A stretch of 63,003 nucleotides of DNA, filler included, from Chrysochromulina tobinii (lineage: Eukaryota), in assembly GCA_001275005.1 (NCBI GenBank). It is 4 parts of 4 records of this genome, joined end to end, with 100 filler letters (N's around TTAATTAATTAA, not from the genome) between each part and the next. Parts side by side here need not be neighbours in the genome. Positions count along the whole stretch, not along the records: positions 1 to 22,836 come from JWZX01000815.1; 3 more parts are not named here. One strand, given 5' to 3'. A program made the position numbers and the translations under genes. Positions 10,579-21,643 of this stretch are shown in pieces. Numbering within the stretch: the first letter of the stretch is position 1; the number at the start of each line of letters is the position of its first letter. The notes beneath the pieces were generated by a model. It had not been told where the DNA came from and did not search any database. It worked only from the letters and a program-made list of their open reading frames with translations.

Positions 10579-12013
10579 AGAGGAGGAGGTGGAGAAGGAG
10601 GATGGCCAGGGTGCTCATCTGTTGGGCGAGCGGCGACGCCAGAGCGGGCGGCGACGCCGAAGCGGGCGCAGGGACGGGCGCGGTGGGCTGATGGCCGGCT
10701 GCGTCGCTCTCTGGCGTGCTGCCACCGCCACCCGCTCCTCTCTCCAGTTGTCTGCGTATCTGTGCCTCACGCTGGTCTTCATGGGGATCGAGGCGACGGT
10801 TGGGCTCCTCTCGGGCTCCCTCACGCTCACGACCGACGCGGCGCACATGCTCATTGACTGCCTGGCGCTGCTGGTCGGGCTGTGGGGAGAAACGGCCGCG
10901 CACCGCCCCCCGAGCCGCTCACATCCCTTTGGGTACGGGCGGTATGAGACGCTCTGTGGGATGATCAACGCCGTGCTCCTGCTCCTGGTCGCCACGTCGG
11001 TGGCTTGCGAGGCCCTCCATCGACTCTGTGGAATGCTCCACGCCGATCTCTCTCATGAGGCCCTTCATCGGCTCGCTCCGCCGCCGCTGCTCACCGACAC
11101 GAGGTTGCTCCCCGTCGCCATCGGAGGGTTGGCCATCAACATCTTGGGGCTCGCCTACTTCCATGAGCACCTGCACGCTGCGCACAGTGGCGCCGATGCG
11201 TGTGGGCTCGACTGCGGCGGCGGCTGCGCCTTCGACAGCGGCTGGGTCGGTATCGGCAGTGCGGGCGGGCGCGCGAGCGGCAGACGGGCCGCCGGCCGCG
11301 GCGGTGGCGGGCGCCGTGCCGGGCTCTTCCCGGCGCGAAACGGCAGTACTGAATGGACTTCCAATGGCGGCGGCAAAGGCGGCGACGACGGCAAGGGCGG
11401 CGGCGATGGCGGCGGCAATGGCGGCAGCGGCGGCAGTCGTGGCGCCCGAAACGGCGCCGGCTGGATGAGTCGACTACTCGGCAGCAGCAGCAGCGGCGGC
11501 GGGAACGATAACATGCGGGGCGTCTTCCTGCACGTCCTCGCCGATACGATGGGCTCCGTCGCCGCCATCGCCTCCTCCTTCCTTGAGAGTCGGCTGCACT
11601 GGCACTGGGCTGATCCACTGTGCTCGCTCTTGGTGGCCGCATGCATCCTGGCGGTGGCGCTTCCATTGCTGCGGGACTCGTCCACGCTCCTGCTGCTGCG
11701 CCTGCCCGAAGAGCTTCGAGGCAGTGGGCTACGCCGCTGCCTCGCCGCCGTACGCGCCCTGCCTCATGTGCGCGAAGTGACCCATTGTCGCGTCTGGAGC
11801 CATACTCGTTCACGTGCCCTCGGCACGGTGTGCGTGCGCGCGGACGCCGGTGCGAGCGAGCTGCTCATCACGGCGCGCGTCTCGAGTACGATGCGAAGCT
11901 TTGGCGTGCATGCCACCGCCGTCGAGGTGCAGCTGGAGGACGCGGATGCTCCGGAAGCGCGTCAGGATGAGAGTTCGTTGGAGGACGTCCTCGCAGCTGC
12001 ATCTACCTCGTAG
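9071..12013 (+). CDS. CDF family zinc transporter, ZnT5/ZnT7(MSC2)-like, with N-terminal multi-TM extension
   Basis: Motifs DAAHMLIDC, HPFGYGRYE and NMRGVFLHVLADTMGSV, plus many hydrophobic segments. Confidence 0.9.
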
Positions 12014-12270
12014 GGTAGCACGAGCAGTCCTGATCACGAGCTGCTCGGCTCCGATGTCCGAATTCGCGACGATGCCCAACTTTAGGACGTGCGACGCAAA
12101 CGAAAACGCGCTATCGAATAATCGGAAAGCGAAAGGTCGCTTATATTATTAGCCATAGTATCTTACCCCCAGTAACGGTATAGATATTTTTAAGTGTCAT
12201 TTTTCGCGGTTTTGGTATGCGTGCTGGGCGGTACGCGTATAGGTCGCGCGACGCGGGCGACCGTGTATCC

Positions 12271-13547
12271 TCAGAGCTGCCTCCCTGTAGAGACCCACGC
12301 CGGTAACGTAGGCGGCCGCTCGCGCCTCTCCTTGGCGACGAGGTACTCGAGGTCCTCCCGCTCCTCCGCCGTGACCACGAGCTCCTCCGCCTTCGCCCAC
12401 TCGCCCGTCTGCAAGTAGTACTGGAGCCACTCCTTGCGTGCAGCCTCCTCCTCCTCCTCGGAGAGCTCGGACTCGGACGCGTCGGCACCACCCAGGCTCG
12501 CGCCCGCCGCGCCCATGCCCTCGCCCGCGCCCGCCGTCTCGCGAGCTGTTCGAGGCGCATCGTGCGGCGCCACCCGATCTGCTCGATACGACGCGTTACC
12601 GATGCGAGATTGCGCCGCCGCTACCCATCCCGACCCCCGCCGAGGCTCCCCCTCGCGAGCCCCCCCCACCCCCGGATGCTCCGGGGACGAGGTCGGTACA
12701 CCTACGTGATCCGACGCTGGGCCGTAGGGCTCTCGATCGGAGTGCATGCTGCGTGCCTCTCTCCGTGCAGGCTGATGGCCTCCCTCATCAGGGCCGTGGC
12801 CGTCGGGCTCGGCGCGGCGTGGCGATGGCTTCTCCTCTGGCTGCTCGGGCTCAGCGCGGCCGCTCATCGGGTCGATCCGGGCTCCGGGCATCGGCTTACG
12901 CCGCCCGTACTCGTCGAGCACCTGAGGAGGGAGGCAAGCAGCACGCCATCAGAGATGCAACCAGCATGTGATCGGCGATGCCATCAGCATGCCATCAGAG
13001 CGCCGACCCGTCTCACCTTCAGATCTGGCTTGCGGTTGAACTCGATGTCGATCAGCCGTTCCTTGGTCATCTGGATGCGGTTGTAGTTGAGGCCGCCATA
13101 GATGACCTCAAAGACGAGGCGCTCCGGGTAAAGCACCCCGTTCAGCAACTTCTTGAGCAGCGGCGGATCCACCTTCTTGAGGCACTCGATCGACTGCTCG
13201 TAGTACGCCTTGGCCGCCTCGAACTCACCCATGCAGTGCAGGCAGAAGCCGATGTTGTGCACAAAGGTGCCGCGCGTGCCCGGGTCGGCGCACGACTTGG
13301 TCTTCTCCGACACGGCCAGCGCGTTCGTGAACAGGTTCAGCGCCTCCTCCCAGTTCTGCGCATAGCACTCCTTGCTCGCCTCCTTGAGCAGCTTCGCCTC
13401 GAGCGCCGTGAGCTCGCTCATGGCGACGTTGGCGCCAATCTGCGCGTGGTACTGCTGCACGCTGTCGAAGATCTTGGCCGACACCCGCTGAACGCCAACC
13501 TCCTCGTGCCACTCCTCGCGCGAGGAGGTTGGCGCGGCGGAGTACAT
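12271..13547 (-). CDS. TPR-containing protein; exons 13547-13017 and 12921-12271
   Basis: TPR-like helices (EEALNLFTNALAV, HNIGFCLHCMGEFEAAKAYYEQSI). A phase-0 GT-AG intron at 13016-12922 joins the two ORFs. Confidence 0.75.
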
Positions 13548-13728
13548 ATTGGACGCCTTAGCGCCCTCCCACCGCGACGCGATCGCTTTCCTCCACAAGT
13601 TCCTCCACATGAGAATCCGACAAGCGCTGTCTCTTTTTCGCGCGAACGTTCGGCGCGTCGTAATGTTTCGCGAGGCGTTCTCGCGAGCGCGCTTTGGCGC
13701 GCGCTCTTGCCGATCTTGGCGCGTCCGA

Positions 13729-16700
13729 ATGGACATTACGAAGTTCTTCACCAAGAAGCCGGCCGCCGCGGCGGCGAAGCCAGCCGCGGACGGCATCGAG
13801 CCTGTTGCGGGCGCGTCGGCCAAGGTCAAGCGCAAAGCCGAAGACGACGTTGCCAGCGCCAGCGCTGGCGATGCTGCCGCCGCCGCCGAGGCCGCCGAGG
13901 TCAAGAAGAAGGCGCTGCCCAGTGCAAATGGCCACACTCCCGTACCGCCCGTGCGCCAAAAAGTCGACCCTGCATCCTTCTTCGCCATGGGCAGCAGCGC
14001 GGCCAAGCCAATGCCCTCGTCCTCTGCCAAGGTTGAGCAGTCCGCAGCGCCGCCGCCCAAGGCTCCGGTGGCGGAGCCGAAGGCAGCGCCGAGCGAGCCG
14101 GAGCGCGTGAAGCGGCATCGTGATGATGACGAGAACGCCGGCCAGGCCGACGGTGCGGCGGCGGCCAAGCGGCCCGAGCACACCACCGCAGGCACGAGCA
14201 AGCAGAAAGGGCCGTCGGATAAGCGGCCGACGCCGCCGCCCGCGCGCGCAGCCCTCGACGCATCGTCCAGCCCGGCCGGAGACGGCAGTAGCCCGATCGC
14301 GCCGCTGAGCGCCGACTTCGCGCCGCCGCCGCCGAGCAAGTGGTACCCGGGCAAGAAGGACATCGCGCCGCCCAATAAGGGCAACAAGCGGGTGCCCATG
14401 GCGGCGCCCCAGTGCCTCGCAGGCCTCACGTTCGTGATCACGGGTACGATTGCCTCTGATGGCCTCTGATGGCCTCTGATGGCCTCTGATGGCCTCTGAG
14501 TGTGCCCTTCTTGAATGGCATGCTGATTGCCTCTAATGGCCTCTCTCCTCCTCAGGCACGTTGGACTCTCTCGAGCGTGAGGAAGCCGCCGCTCTCATTG
14601 AGCGCTTAGGTGGGCGCGTGACAGGCTCGGTGAGCAGCTACCTGCCTACGATTGCCTCTGATTGCCTCTGATTGCCTCTGATTGCCTCTGATTTCCTCTG
14701 ACGACAGGCTCGGTGGGCAGCCACCTGCTCCTGATTGCCTAGGATTGCCTAGGATTGCCTAGGATTGCCTCTGATGACAGGCTCGGTCAGCAGCAAGACG
14801 AGCTACCTGCCCCGTGGCTGCGACGAGCATGGCTCTGAGTGCATGCTAATGGCCTCCCTCATCAGTGACGAGCATGGCTCTGAGTGCATGCTAATGGCCT
14901 CCCTCATCAGTGACGAGCATGGCTCTGAGTGCATGCTAATGGCCTCCCTCATCAGGTGAGCAGCAAGACGAACTACCTGCTCCGTGGCTGTGACGAGAAT
15001 GGCCAACCAATGGAGTCGAGTAAAGTGACCAAGGCGCGCGAGCAAAAGGGATGCAAGGTGAGCGACGAGGAGGGCCTCTGATAACCTCTCTGAGTGCATG
15101 CTGATTGCCTCCCTCATTAGGTTAGCGACGAGGAGGGCCTCTGATAACCTCTCTGAGTGCATGCTGATTGCCTCCCTCATCAGGCCCGCCTCTCTGAGTG
15201 CCTCTTTGAGTGCATGCTGATTGGCTCCCTTATCAGGTGATCGATGAGGATGAGCTCTTCGACATCCTTCGCAAGACGGCGCCGCAGCCGCCAGAGTCCC
15301 CTGAGCCCGTGGAGGAGGAGGAGGAGGCGGAGGAGGTCGCGGCGCCACCTGCCGAGGTGCCGAGGCCCATGGGTGTGAACATGGGTGTGAAGCGCGAGGG
15401 CGGCGCCCTCTCCTCCACCTCCACCTCCACGGGCTCGGCGGCCGGTGCAGGCAGCAGAAGCGGCGCCGGCGCCGGCGCAAGCTCGAGCGCAAGCAGCAGC
15501 AAGGCGCCGGGAGGGCCAGTGCCCGCGCGCATGCCTCGCGAAGCCACGGGCGATGAAGCACCGCCCCTCTGGGCCGAAAAGTATCGGCCAACGGCCAAGA
15601 CGCACCTTGTGGGGAATGCCGATCAGGCGAGGCGACCCGCTGGCCTCTCTGATGGCATGCTGATTGGCTCGCTCATCAGGCGAAGCTATCTGCTGGCCTC
15701 TCTGAGGGCATGCTGATTGGCTCGCTCATCAGGCGAAGCTACCTGCTGGCCTCTCTAATGGCATGCTGATGGCCTCCCTCATCAGGCGAAGCTATCTGCT
15801 GGCCTCTCTGATGGCATGCTGATGGCCTCCCTCATCAGGCGAAGCTACCTGCTGGCCTCTCTGAGGGCATGCTGATGGCCTCCCTCATCAGGTGAAGCGA
15901 CTCGAAGCGTGGCTGGGCTCATGGCACCGTGAGAACGCAGCGCTCGAGGCGGCGGCGGCGGCGAGGGAGAAGGCGCCCAAGGGGCAAGCGGCATCGACCT
16001 TCCACAAGGCCGCCCTCCTCTCAGGTGACCCCGCCCTGCATGCAAGTGCCCACCACGGCGCCGTTGGGCGTGTGCGTACGCTCACCACGGCGCTCACCCT
16101 CTTCCCCACAGGCCCCCCCGGGGTGGGCAAGACCTCAACGGCAAAGGTGCTCCTCCAGGCGCTCAACTACGACGTGGTCGAGCTCAACGCGTCCGACACG
16201 CGCTCGCAGAAGCAGCTGCAGGCCTTCGCCGGCGACATGGTGGGCAACACGTCGATTGCGGACTTTGCCGACGGCAAGGTGGGAGGCCAGCAGAGGAAGC
16301 TCGCCCTCATCATGTGGCTGCTCACCCTGATGACCTCTGATTGCCTCCCTCATCAGGTGGGAGGCAAGCAAAGGAAGCTCGCCCTCATCATGGACGAGTG
16401 CGATGGCATGAGCGCGGGCGACCGCGGCGGCATGATGGCGCTCCTTGGCGTCATCAAGGCCTCGAAGATGCCCATCATCTGCATCTGCAACGATCGGCAG
16501 TCTGCAAAGGTCAACACCCTCGATCTGATGACCTTTGATGACATCTGATGACCTCTGATGACCTCTGATGACCTCTGATGACCTCTGATGACCGCTGATG
16601 ACCTCATCAGGTCAAATCTCTCGCCAATCACGCTCTCGATCTGCGCTTCCGCCGCCCGGCGGCACTCGAAATCAAGGCCGCGCTCCGTCGCGTCGTCGCG

Positions 16701-18360
16701 AACGAAGGGTACAAGCTCGGCGAGGAGACGCTCGATGACCTCTGATGACCTCTGATGACGTCTGATTGCCTCCTTCATCAGGTACAAGCTCGGCGAGGAG
16801 ACGCTCGATAAGATCGCTGAGGCATGCAATGCGGTGAGTCTCTCTGATGGCCTCTGATGGCCTCTGATGGCCTCTGATGACCTCTGATGGCCTCTGATGG
16901 CCTCTGATGACCTCTGACTGCACTCGAAAAGATCGCTGAGGCATGCAAAGCGGTGGGTCCTGTTTTCGATCGATTGGGTTCTCCTGTGGGTCCAGCATGC
17001 AAGCGCTCAACACGGCGCCCGTGCCCCCTCTCCCCACACAGGACATTCGTCAGATGCTCAATCTCCTCCAGATCTGGCGCCCGGCGGCCGGCGCGCCCGG
17101 CGCGGGCATGTCGGCGGGCGACGTGACGAAGAACATGCAGAGCGCCTTCAAGGATGTCGACGTCGGCCCTTTCGACGTCGCCGACAAGTTCTTCCGCGAG
17201 CCGAATGCGGACTTCGACCGACGGCTGCGCCACTATTTCGTGGATACCTCGATGACGCCACTGCTCGTGTACGAGAACTACCTGTCCGTCTCGCCGCCGC
17301 CGCCGCCCGGCCTGCCGCCCGCACAGCTGCAGGCCTGGCTGCTGCACCGCGCGACGCTCGCCTCGGATTTCATTGCATGCTCGGATGTGGTCGGTGCTCG
17401 CATTCTGAAAGAGCAGCAGTGGGGCCTCGCGCCGCTGCACGGCGCGCTCTCGTGCTTGGCGCCCGGCTACATGATGCAGGGCAACCTCGGCCGCCTCCAA
17501 TTCCCACAGTGGCTCGGAAGGAACTCGACCGGTAACTCGAAGCGCCAACGGACCCTTCGCGCGCTCGGCGCATGCAAGTTGTGCTCACCACGGCGCCGGA
17601 CGCCCTCCCCACAGGTACGAAGCGCCAACGGCTCCTTCGCGAGCTGACAGGCCACCTGTCCGCGCACGTCTCGGGCTCGAAGGAAGAGGTGGGCTGATGC
17701 CGTTGATTGCCGCTGATTGCCTTTGATTGCCTTTGATTGCACGTCTCGGGCTCGAAGGAAGAGGTGGGCTGAGTGCTTTTGCGGGCCACTGATTGCCTTT
17801 GATTGCCTCTGATGCACTCTGATGGCTGAGCGCTCTTGAGTGCCGCTGATTACCGTTGATTGCCATTGATTGCCATGGATTGATGTGCACTGCAGGTGCG
17901 CAATAGCTACGTGCCCGCACTGCGCCCGCGGCTGCTGCGCCCGCTCGCCGAGCGCGGTACCGACGGTGTGGAAGAGGTGCTCGAGTCTCTGGATGCGTAT
18001 GGGATCACCAAGGACGACTTCGACACGATCTTCGAGCTTGAGCTCTTGGTGGGGGGGGCGGCGAAGCCGGCGCTCGCGCAGATCCCCACAGCCGCCAAGT
18101 CCGCCTTGACGCGCAAGTATAACCAGTCGCACCAGCAGTTTGAGAAGAAGAAGGGGGGGGGCGGCGCTGGCGGCGCTGGCGGTCTGATGCGTTTCACCGA
18201 CGATGGCGTCGAGGATGAAGCGGTGGAGGATGAGGGCGGCGACGCCGAAGAGGGCGGCGAGGAGGGCGACGAGGACGAGGACGTGAAGCCGGTGGCCGCC
18301 AAAAAGGGCGCCGCCTCGGCGGCCTCTGCCAAAGGCAAAGGCAAGGCCAAGGCCAAGTGA
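13729..18360 (+). CDS. RFC1: Replication factor C subunit 1; 12 exons, introns 14444-14555, 14630-14955, 15058-15236, 15627-15891 (GC donor), 16025-16111, 16279-16356, 16510-16610, 16709-16781, 16834-17041, 17532-17614, 17689-17895
   Basis: BRCT (CLAGLTFVITGTLDSLER), WAEKYRP, Walker A GPPGVGKT, ELNASDTRS, LIMDECDGM, ICICNDR, DIRQ and C-terminal FPQWLG. The frame is restored by the listed introns. Confidence 0.95.
14444..17895 (+). repeat. Cluster of repeat-built introns ((CTGATGRCCT)n ... CTCCCTCATCAG) containing duplicated exon fragments
   Basis: Decamer arrays and exon copies are visible in most RFC1 introns. Confidence 0.85.
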
Positions 18361-18375
18361 GATGAGGCCTGCGTG

Positions 18376-18510
18376 ACGTCGTCAGGCACGGGGGCATCAT
18401 TCGCGGCGTCGTCAGGCGCGGCGTCGTCAGGCGCGGCGTCGTCAGGCGCGGCGTCGTCAGGCACGGCGTCATCAGGCACGGCGTCGTCAGGCACGGCGTC
18501 GTCAGGCGCG
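18376..18510. repeat. 15-nt minisatellite (GGCGTCGTCAGGCRC), about 8-9 units
   Basis: Tandem units immediately after the RFC1 stop. Confidence 0.85.
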
Positions 18511-19328
18511 GTTCGTCCGGCGCGGAGGCGCAGGCGCCGTGATGGGCGCGCGGGGCGTGGCTGTGAGGCGCCTCCGAGGACGACAAGAGGATTCCAATCT
18601 GCCTTCCCCACAAGGGGGGGCAGCATGCGGCGGCGGCGGCTGAGATGGTGGGGGGCTTTTGCCGATGGCGACGGCCGTGCGCTACAAGTACGGAGGGCGC
18701 TCTGGACAGGCGGGTGAGAGCCACGTGGCGGGCGAGAGCCACGTGGCGGGTGATCTGTGCACAGTCGAGTGGTGCGTCCGGCGGGCGTGGGGGCAGACAT
18801 CGAATATCTTCCTGTGTATCGTGACGTGTTGGTGTGGACGTCGGATGGTTGGGATGCTTGTTCGTTCTTCGAGCGCGCCGGTGGTTCGTCATGGTACCGT
18901 CCGGTCGTGGCTTCGCCGTCTCGTTGTGGAACACCAGGTACTAGGCAGGCTGGGCCGCCCGACCCGCCCGAGCGGCGTCGGCCGCACGCCAGCGGTACAG
19001 TGAGTCGAACCGCACAAACGTGTCCGGGGACGGGGTGTTATGAAGATGTCGCCCGGTCCGCCCGCAGCCGCGCATCCTCGCCTCGACCTCACCTCACCGC
19101 CACCCGCCGCAGCGTGCCGGCTGCCGCGGCGCCGCGTCGCATCGATGGCCGGGTCTCGTCTCTCGTGTCTCGAGACGACTAGACCGTCCATGTTCGGACT
19201 GATCAGAAAAGGATCGCAACAGAGAATAGAAAGATGTTTACGGGGCTTTAGCACGCTCAACGACCGCTCGACGATCCTCATCGCTCATGACGCACGAGAC
19301 GACACACGTATATTCTTAGTGAGTCGGT

Positions 19329-20053
19329 CTACTTCGATTTGCGGATGGCCGAGCGCTTTGACTTGGCTACCTGGATCTGGAAGCGCTCGAAGTCGTTCGT
19401 CGACGCACGCATCGCGCGGACCTTGCGCTTCTTGCCCTGGCTCGTCTCCTCCCATTTGGCCATGATGCCATCCGATGTCCAGACCGCCTTCAGCTCCCTG
19501 CGCACACGCGCGACGGCGCACGGAAGCGCGTGAGTACCAGCGAGGTGCGATGCGTTGGTGCGTCGCTGCATCTGTCTGCGACCAAGCATCGACTTGAAGA
19601 TGCTGCTGATGCTGCTCCCGTTGCCTCCGCCTGCCGCTGTTGCCCCCGCCGAGGATACCGGTACTGCATGCTGCCGCCGCCGCCGCGGACGCTCGTCAGC
19701 AGCGCCGTGATCGCTGCCAACCTCTGAGTGCCCGCGCCTGGCGCTGCATGGGCATGGGCCCACGGCGATGGCGGCAGAAACAGCGCGCCGCCTCGAGACG
19801 GCGCGGCGTGCGTTCGAGCCCTGGCTGCTGCTCACTTCTCCGAGGCATTGAGCTTGCACTTGACCTTGAGGTCCGTCAGCTGCAGGCGGCCGATGTTGAT
19901 CGCGTGGCGGTGGACGCCAGTCACCGGCTCCGGGCCATCGACGAGCACGCGGTTGTTGTCAATCACGTTGACAACAGTGCAGAGCTTGTCCATGTCGGGA
20001 CCGAACGAGATGAGGCACACACGACCGATCTCCACGTGCCGCTTGAACGACAT
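19329..20053 (-). CDS. RPL14: 60S ribosomal protein L14 (eL14); exons 20053-19836 and 19497-19329
   Basis: MSFKRHVEIGRVCLISFGP...VIDNNRVLVDGP and TNDFERF motifs, with a phase-2 GT-AG intron. Confidence 0.95.
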
Positions 20054-20247
20054 GACTGCTGCTTCCTGCACGGGAGTCGGCCATACGGGTCGTCAGATCA
20101 GGCGGGCCGTCGGCCAGGCACTTAAGGACGCGCAGCCACAGCAAAGAGACGAGGAGCAGAAGAGGGCCTTGCCTGAGCACGTGGAAAGACGAAAAGTTCA
20201 ACACGGCGCTTCGTTCACATTCACATCCAACCTTTTACAAAAGTAAG

Positions 20248-20295
20248 GTCAAGTCAAGTCAAAGTCAGTTGTTTATGAAGTGACTTGACTTGACT
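20248..20295. promoter_or_regulatory. Inverted (CAAGT)n/(ACTTG)n arrays between divergent RPL14 and TPI
   Basis: GTCAAGTCAAGTCAA ... TGACTTGACTTGAC. Confidence 0.45.
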
Positions 20296-20575
20296 ACCAG
20301 CAGGAGACAGCAGCTCGCCCCTTGGAGCGCTCGCCAGCACGACAGGCGATTGGACATAGGCGCCTACACCGCGGGTGGCCCTGTCGTGCCCCGTCCCGCA
20401 ATTTCCGTCCCGCATCACCCAGGCGATTCGGCATGAATCTTGACAAATCACCATGAATCACCGACGCATCCGTCGGCACGACCTCGGGTCGCGATCCGTC
20501 AGCCACGCGACGCCCTCAAAGGGCGCGCTCCTCGCTCGCTCTCGCTCCCCACGCCCCAAAGCAACTCCACCACCA

Positions 20576-21643
20576 ATGGGCTGCGCGCAATCGCAGATGG
20601 CAGGCGCCGACAGCGGCATGAAGGTAGTCAACGTCGACAAGGTGAAGAGCGGCTCCAAGATGCTGCCCCGTGGCGGAGCAGGAAGTGCTCGTTACAAGCT
20701 TCGGCGGTGCAACTGCTGCTCGTTCTCGTACTTTGCGCTTTGCAAAACCTGCCCTCGGTGCAACGACGCGGCTCCTGTCGTCCGCAAGCCGATTGTCGGA
20801 GGCAACTGGAAGTGCAACCCGTCGAAGGTGTCTGAGCTCAAGGAGCTCGTGGCCAACATCGACGCCTGTGACACCTCTGGGTGCGACGTGTACGTTTGCC
20901 CGTCCACGTTGCACATCGGCATCGTGTACAAGAGCTTCAAGAACGGTGCGAAAGTGGCGCCCCAGAACTGCAACTACAAGGGATGTGGCGCTTACACGGG
21001 AGAAATGTCGGCCGATCAGATGGTCGACATGGGCCTGGAGTGGTGTCTGATCGGCCATTCGGAGCGGCGTGGAGAGTTTGGCCTCCCCACGCCGCCCGAG
21101 TCGAACTCGCTGCTGGCCATGAAGTGCAAGTACTTGCTCGAGAAGGGCATGAAAGTCATCTTCGCCATCGGCGAGCCCCTTCCGGTGCGCGAGAAGGGTC
21201 TGAAGGCTGTGATGGAGACGCTCATCCCGCAGCTCCTCGAGATCAAGGGCATGCTGGATCCTGCGCGTGTGGTGCTCGCGTACGAGCCCGTGTGGAGTAT
21301 CGGCACCGGCGTGACTGCCTCGCCCGCCCAGGCCCAGGAGACGCACCGAGCGATTCGGCAATGGATCGCAAAGGAAGTCTCGCCATCAGTGGCGGCCGAG
21401 ATCCGTATCCAGTACGGCGGCTCCGCGAACGCCAAGAATGCGCCCGACCTCTCCAAGTGCCCCGACGTCGACGGCTTCCTCGTGGGCGGAGCCTCCCTCA
21501 AGCCCGAGATCGCCGAGATCGTCGCCGCCGTCGCCAAGGAGAAGTGCTGGCGTGACTTGGGGAACGCGGACCTCTTTCCTGCGGCCGTGTACGAGAAGAG
21601 CGGCCTGAGGAAGACGGGAGCAGTCACGTGGGTAAAGGCCTGA
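20576..21643 (+). CDS. TPI: Triosephosphate isomerase with N-terminal MGC acylation motif and Cys-rich zinc-ribbon-like extension
   Basis: Motifs GGNWKCN, IGHSERR, AYEPVWSIGTG, YGGS and DGFLVGGASLK. Confidence 0.95.
   Translation: MGCAQSQMAGADSGMKVVNVDKVKSGSKMLPRGGAGSARYKLRRCNCCSFSYFALCKTCPRCNDAAPVVRKPIVGGNWKCNPSKVSELKELVANIDACDTSGCDVYVCPSTLHIGIVYKSFKNGAKVAPQNCNYKGCGAYTGEMSADQMVDMGLEWCLIGHSERRGEFGLPTPPESNSLLAMKCKYLLEKGMKVIFAIGEPLPVREKGLKAVMETLIPQLLEIKGMLDPARVVLAYEPVWSIGTGVTASPAQAQETHRAIRQWIAKEVSPSVAAEIRIQYGGSANAKNAPDLSKCPDVDGFLVGGASLKPEIAEIVAAVAKEKCWRDLGNADLFPAAVYEKSGLRKTGAVTWVKA

Noticed and set aside
16526..16610. CTGATGA as hammerhead ribozyme core or snoRNA C/D boxes
   Set aside because: There is no GAAA partner with flanking stems and no box spacing; a branch-point-like decamer repeat explains it.
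14803..17920. Antisense ORFs with MREAISMHSE, GHQRSSEVIR or AVVSTCM peptides
   Set aside because: They are translations of the reverse complement of the intron repeats, not proteins.
19498..19835. Intronic snoRNA in RPL14
   Set aside because: No convincing C/D or H/ACA box arrangement was found.
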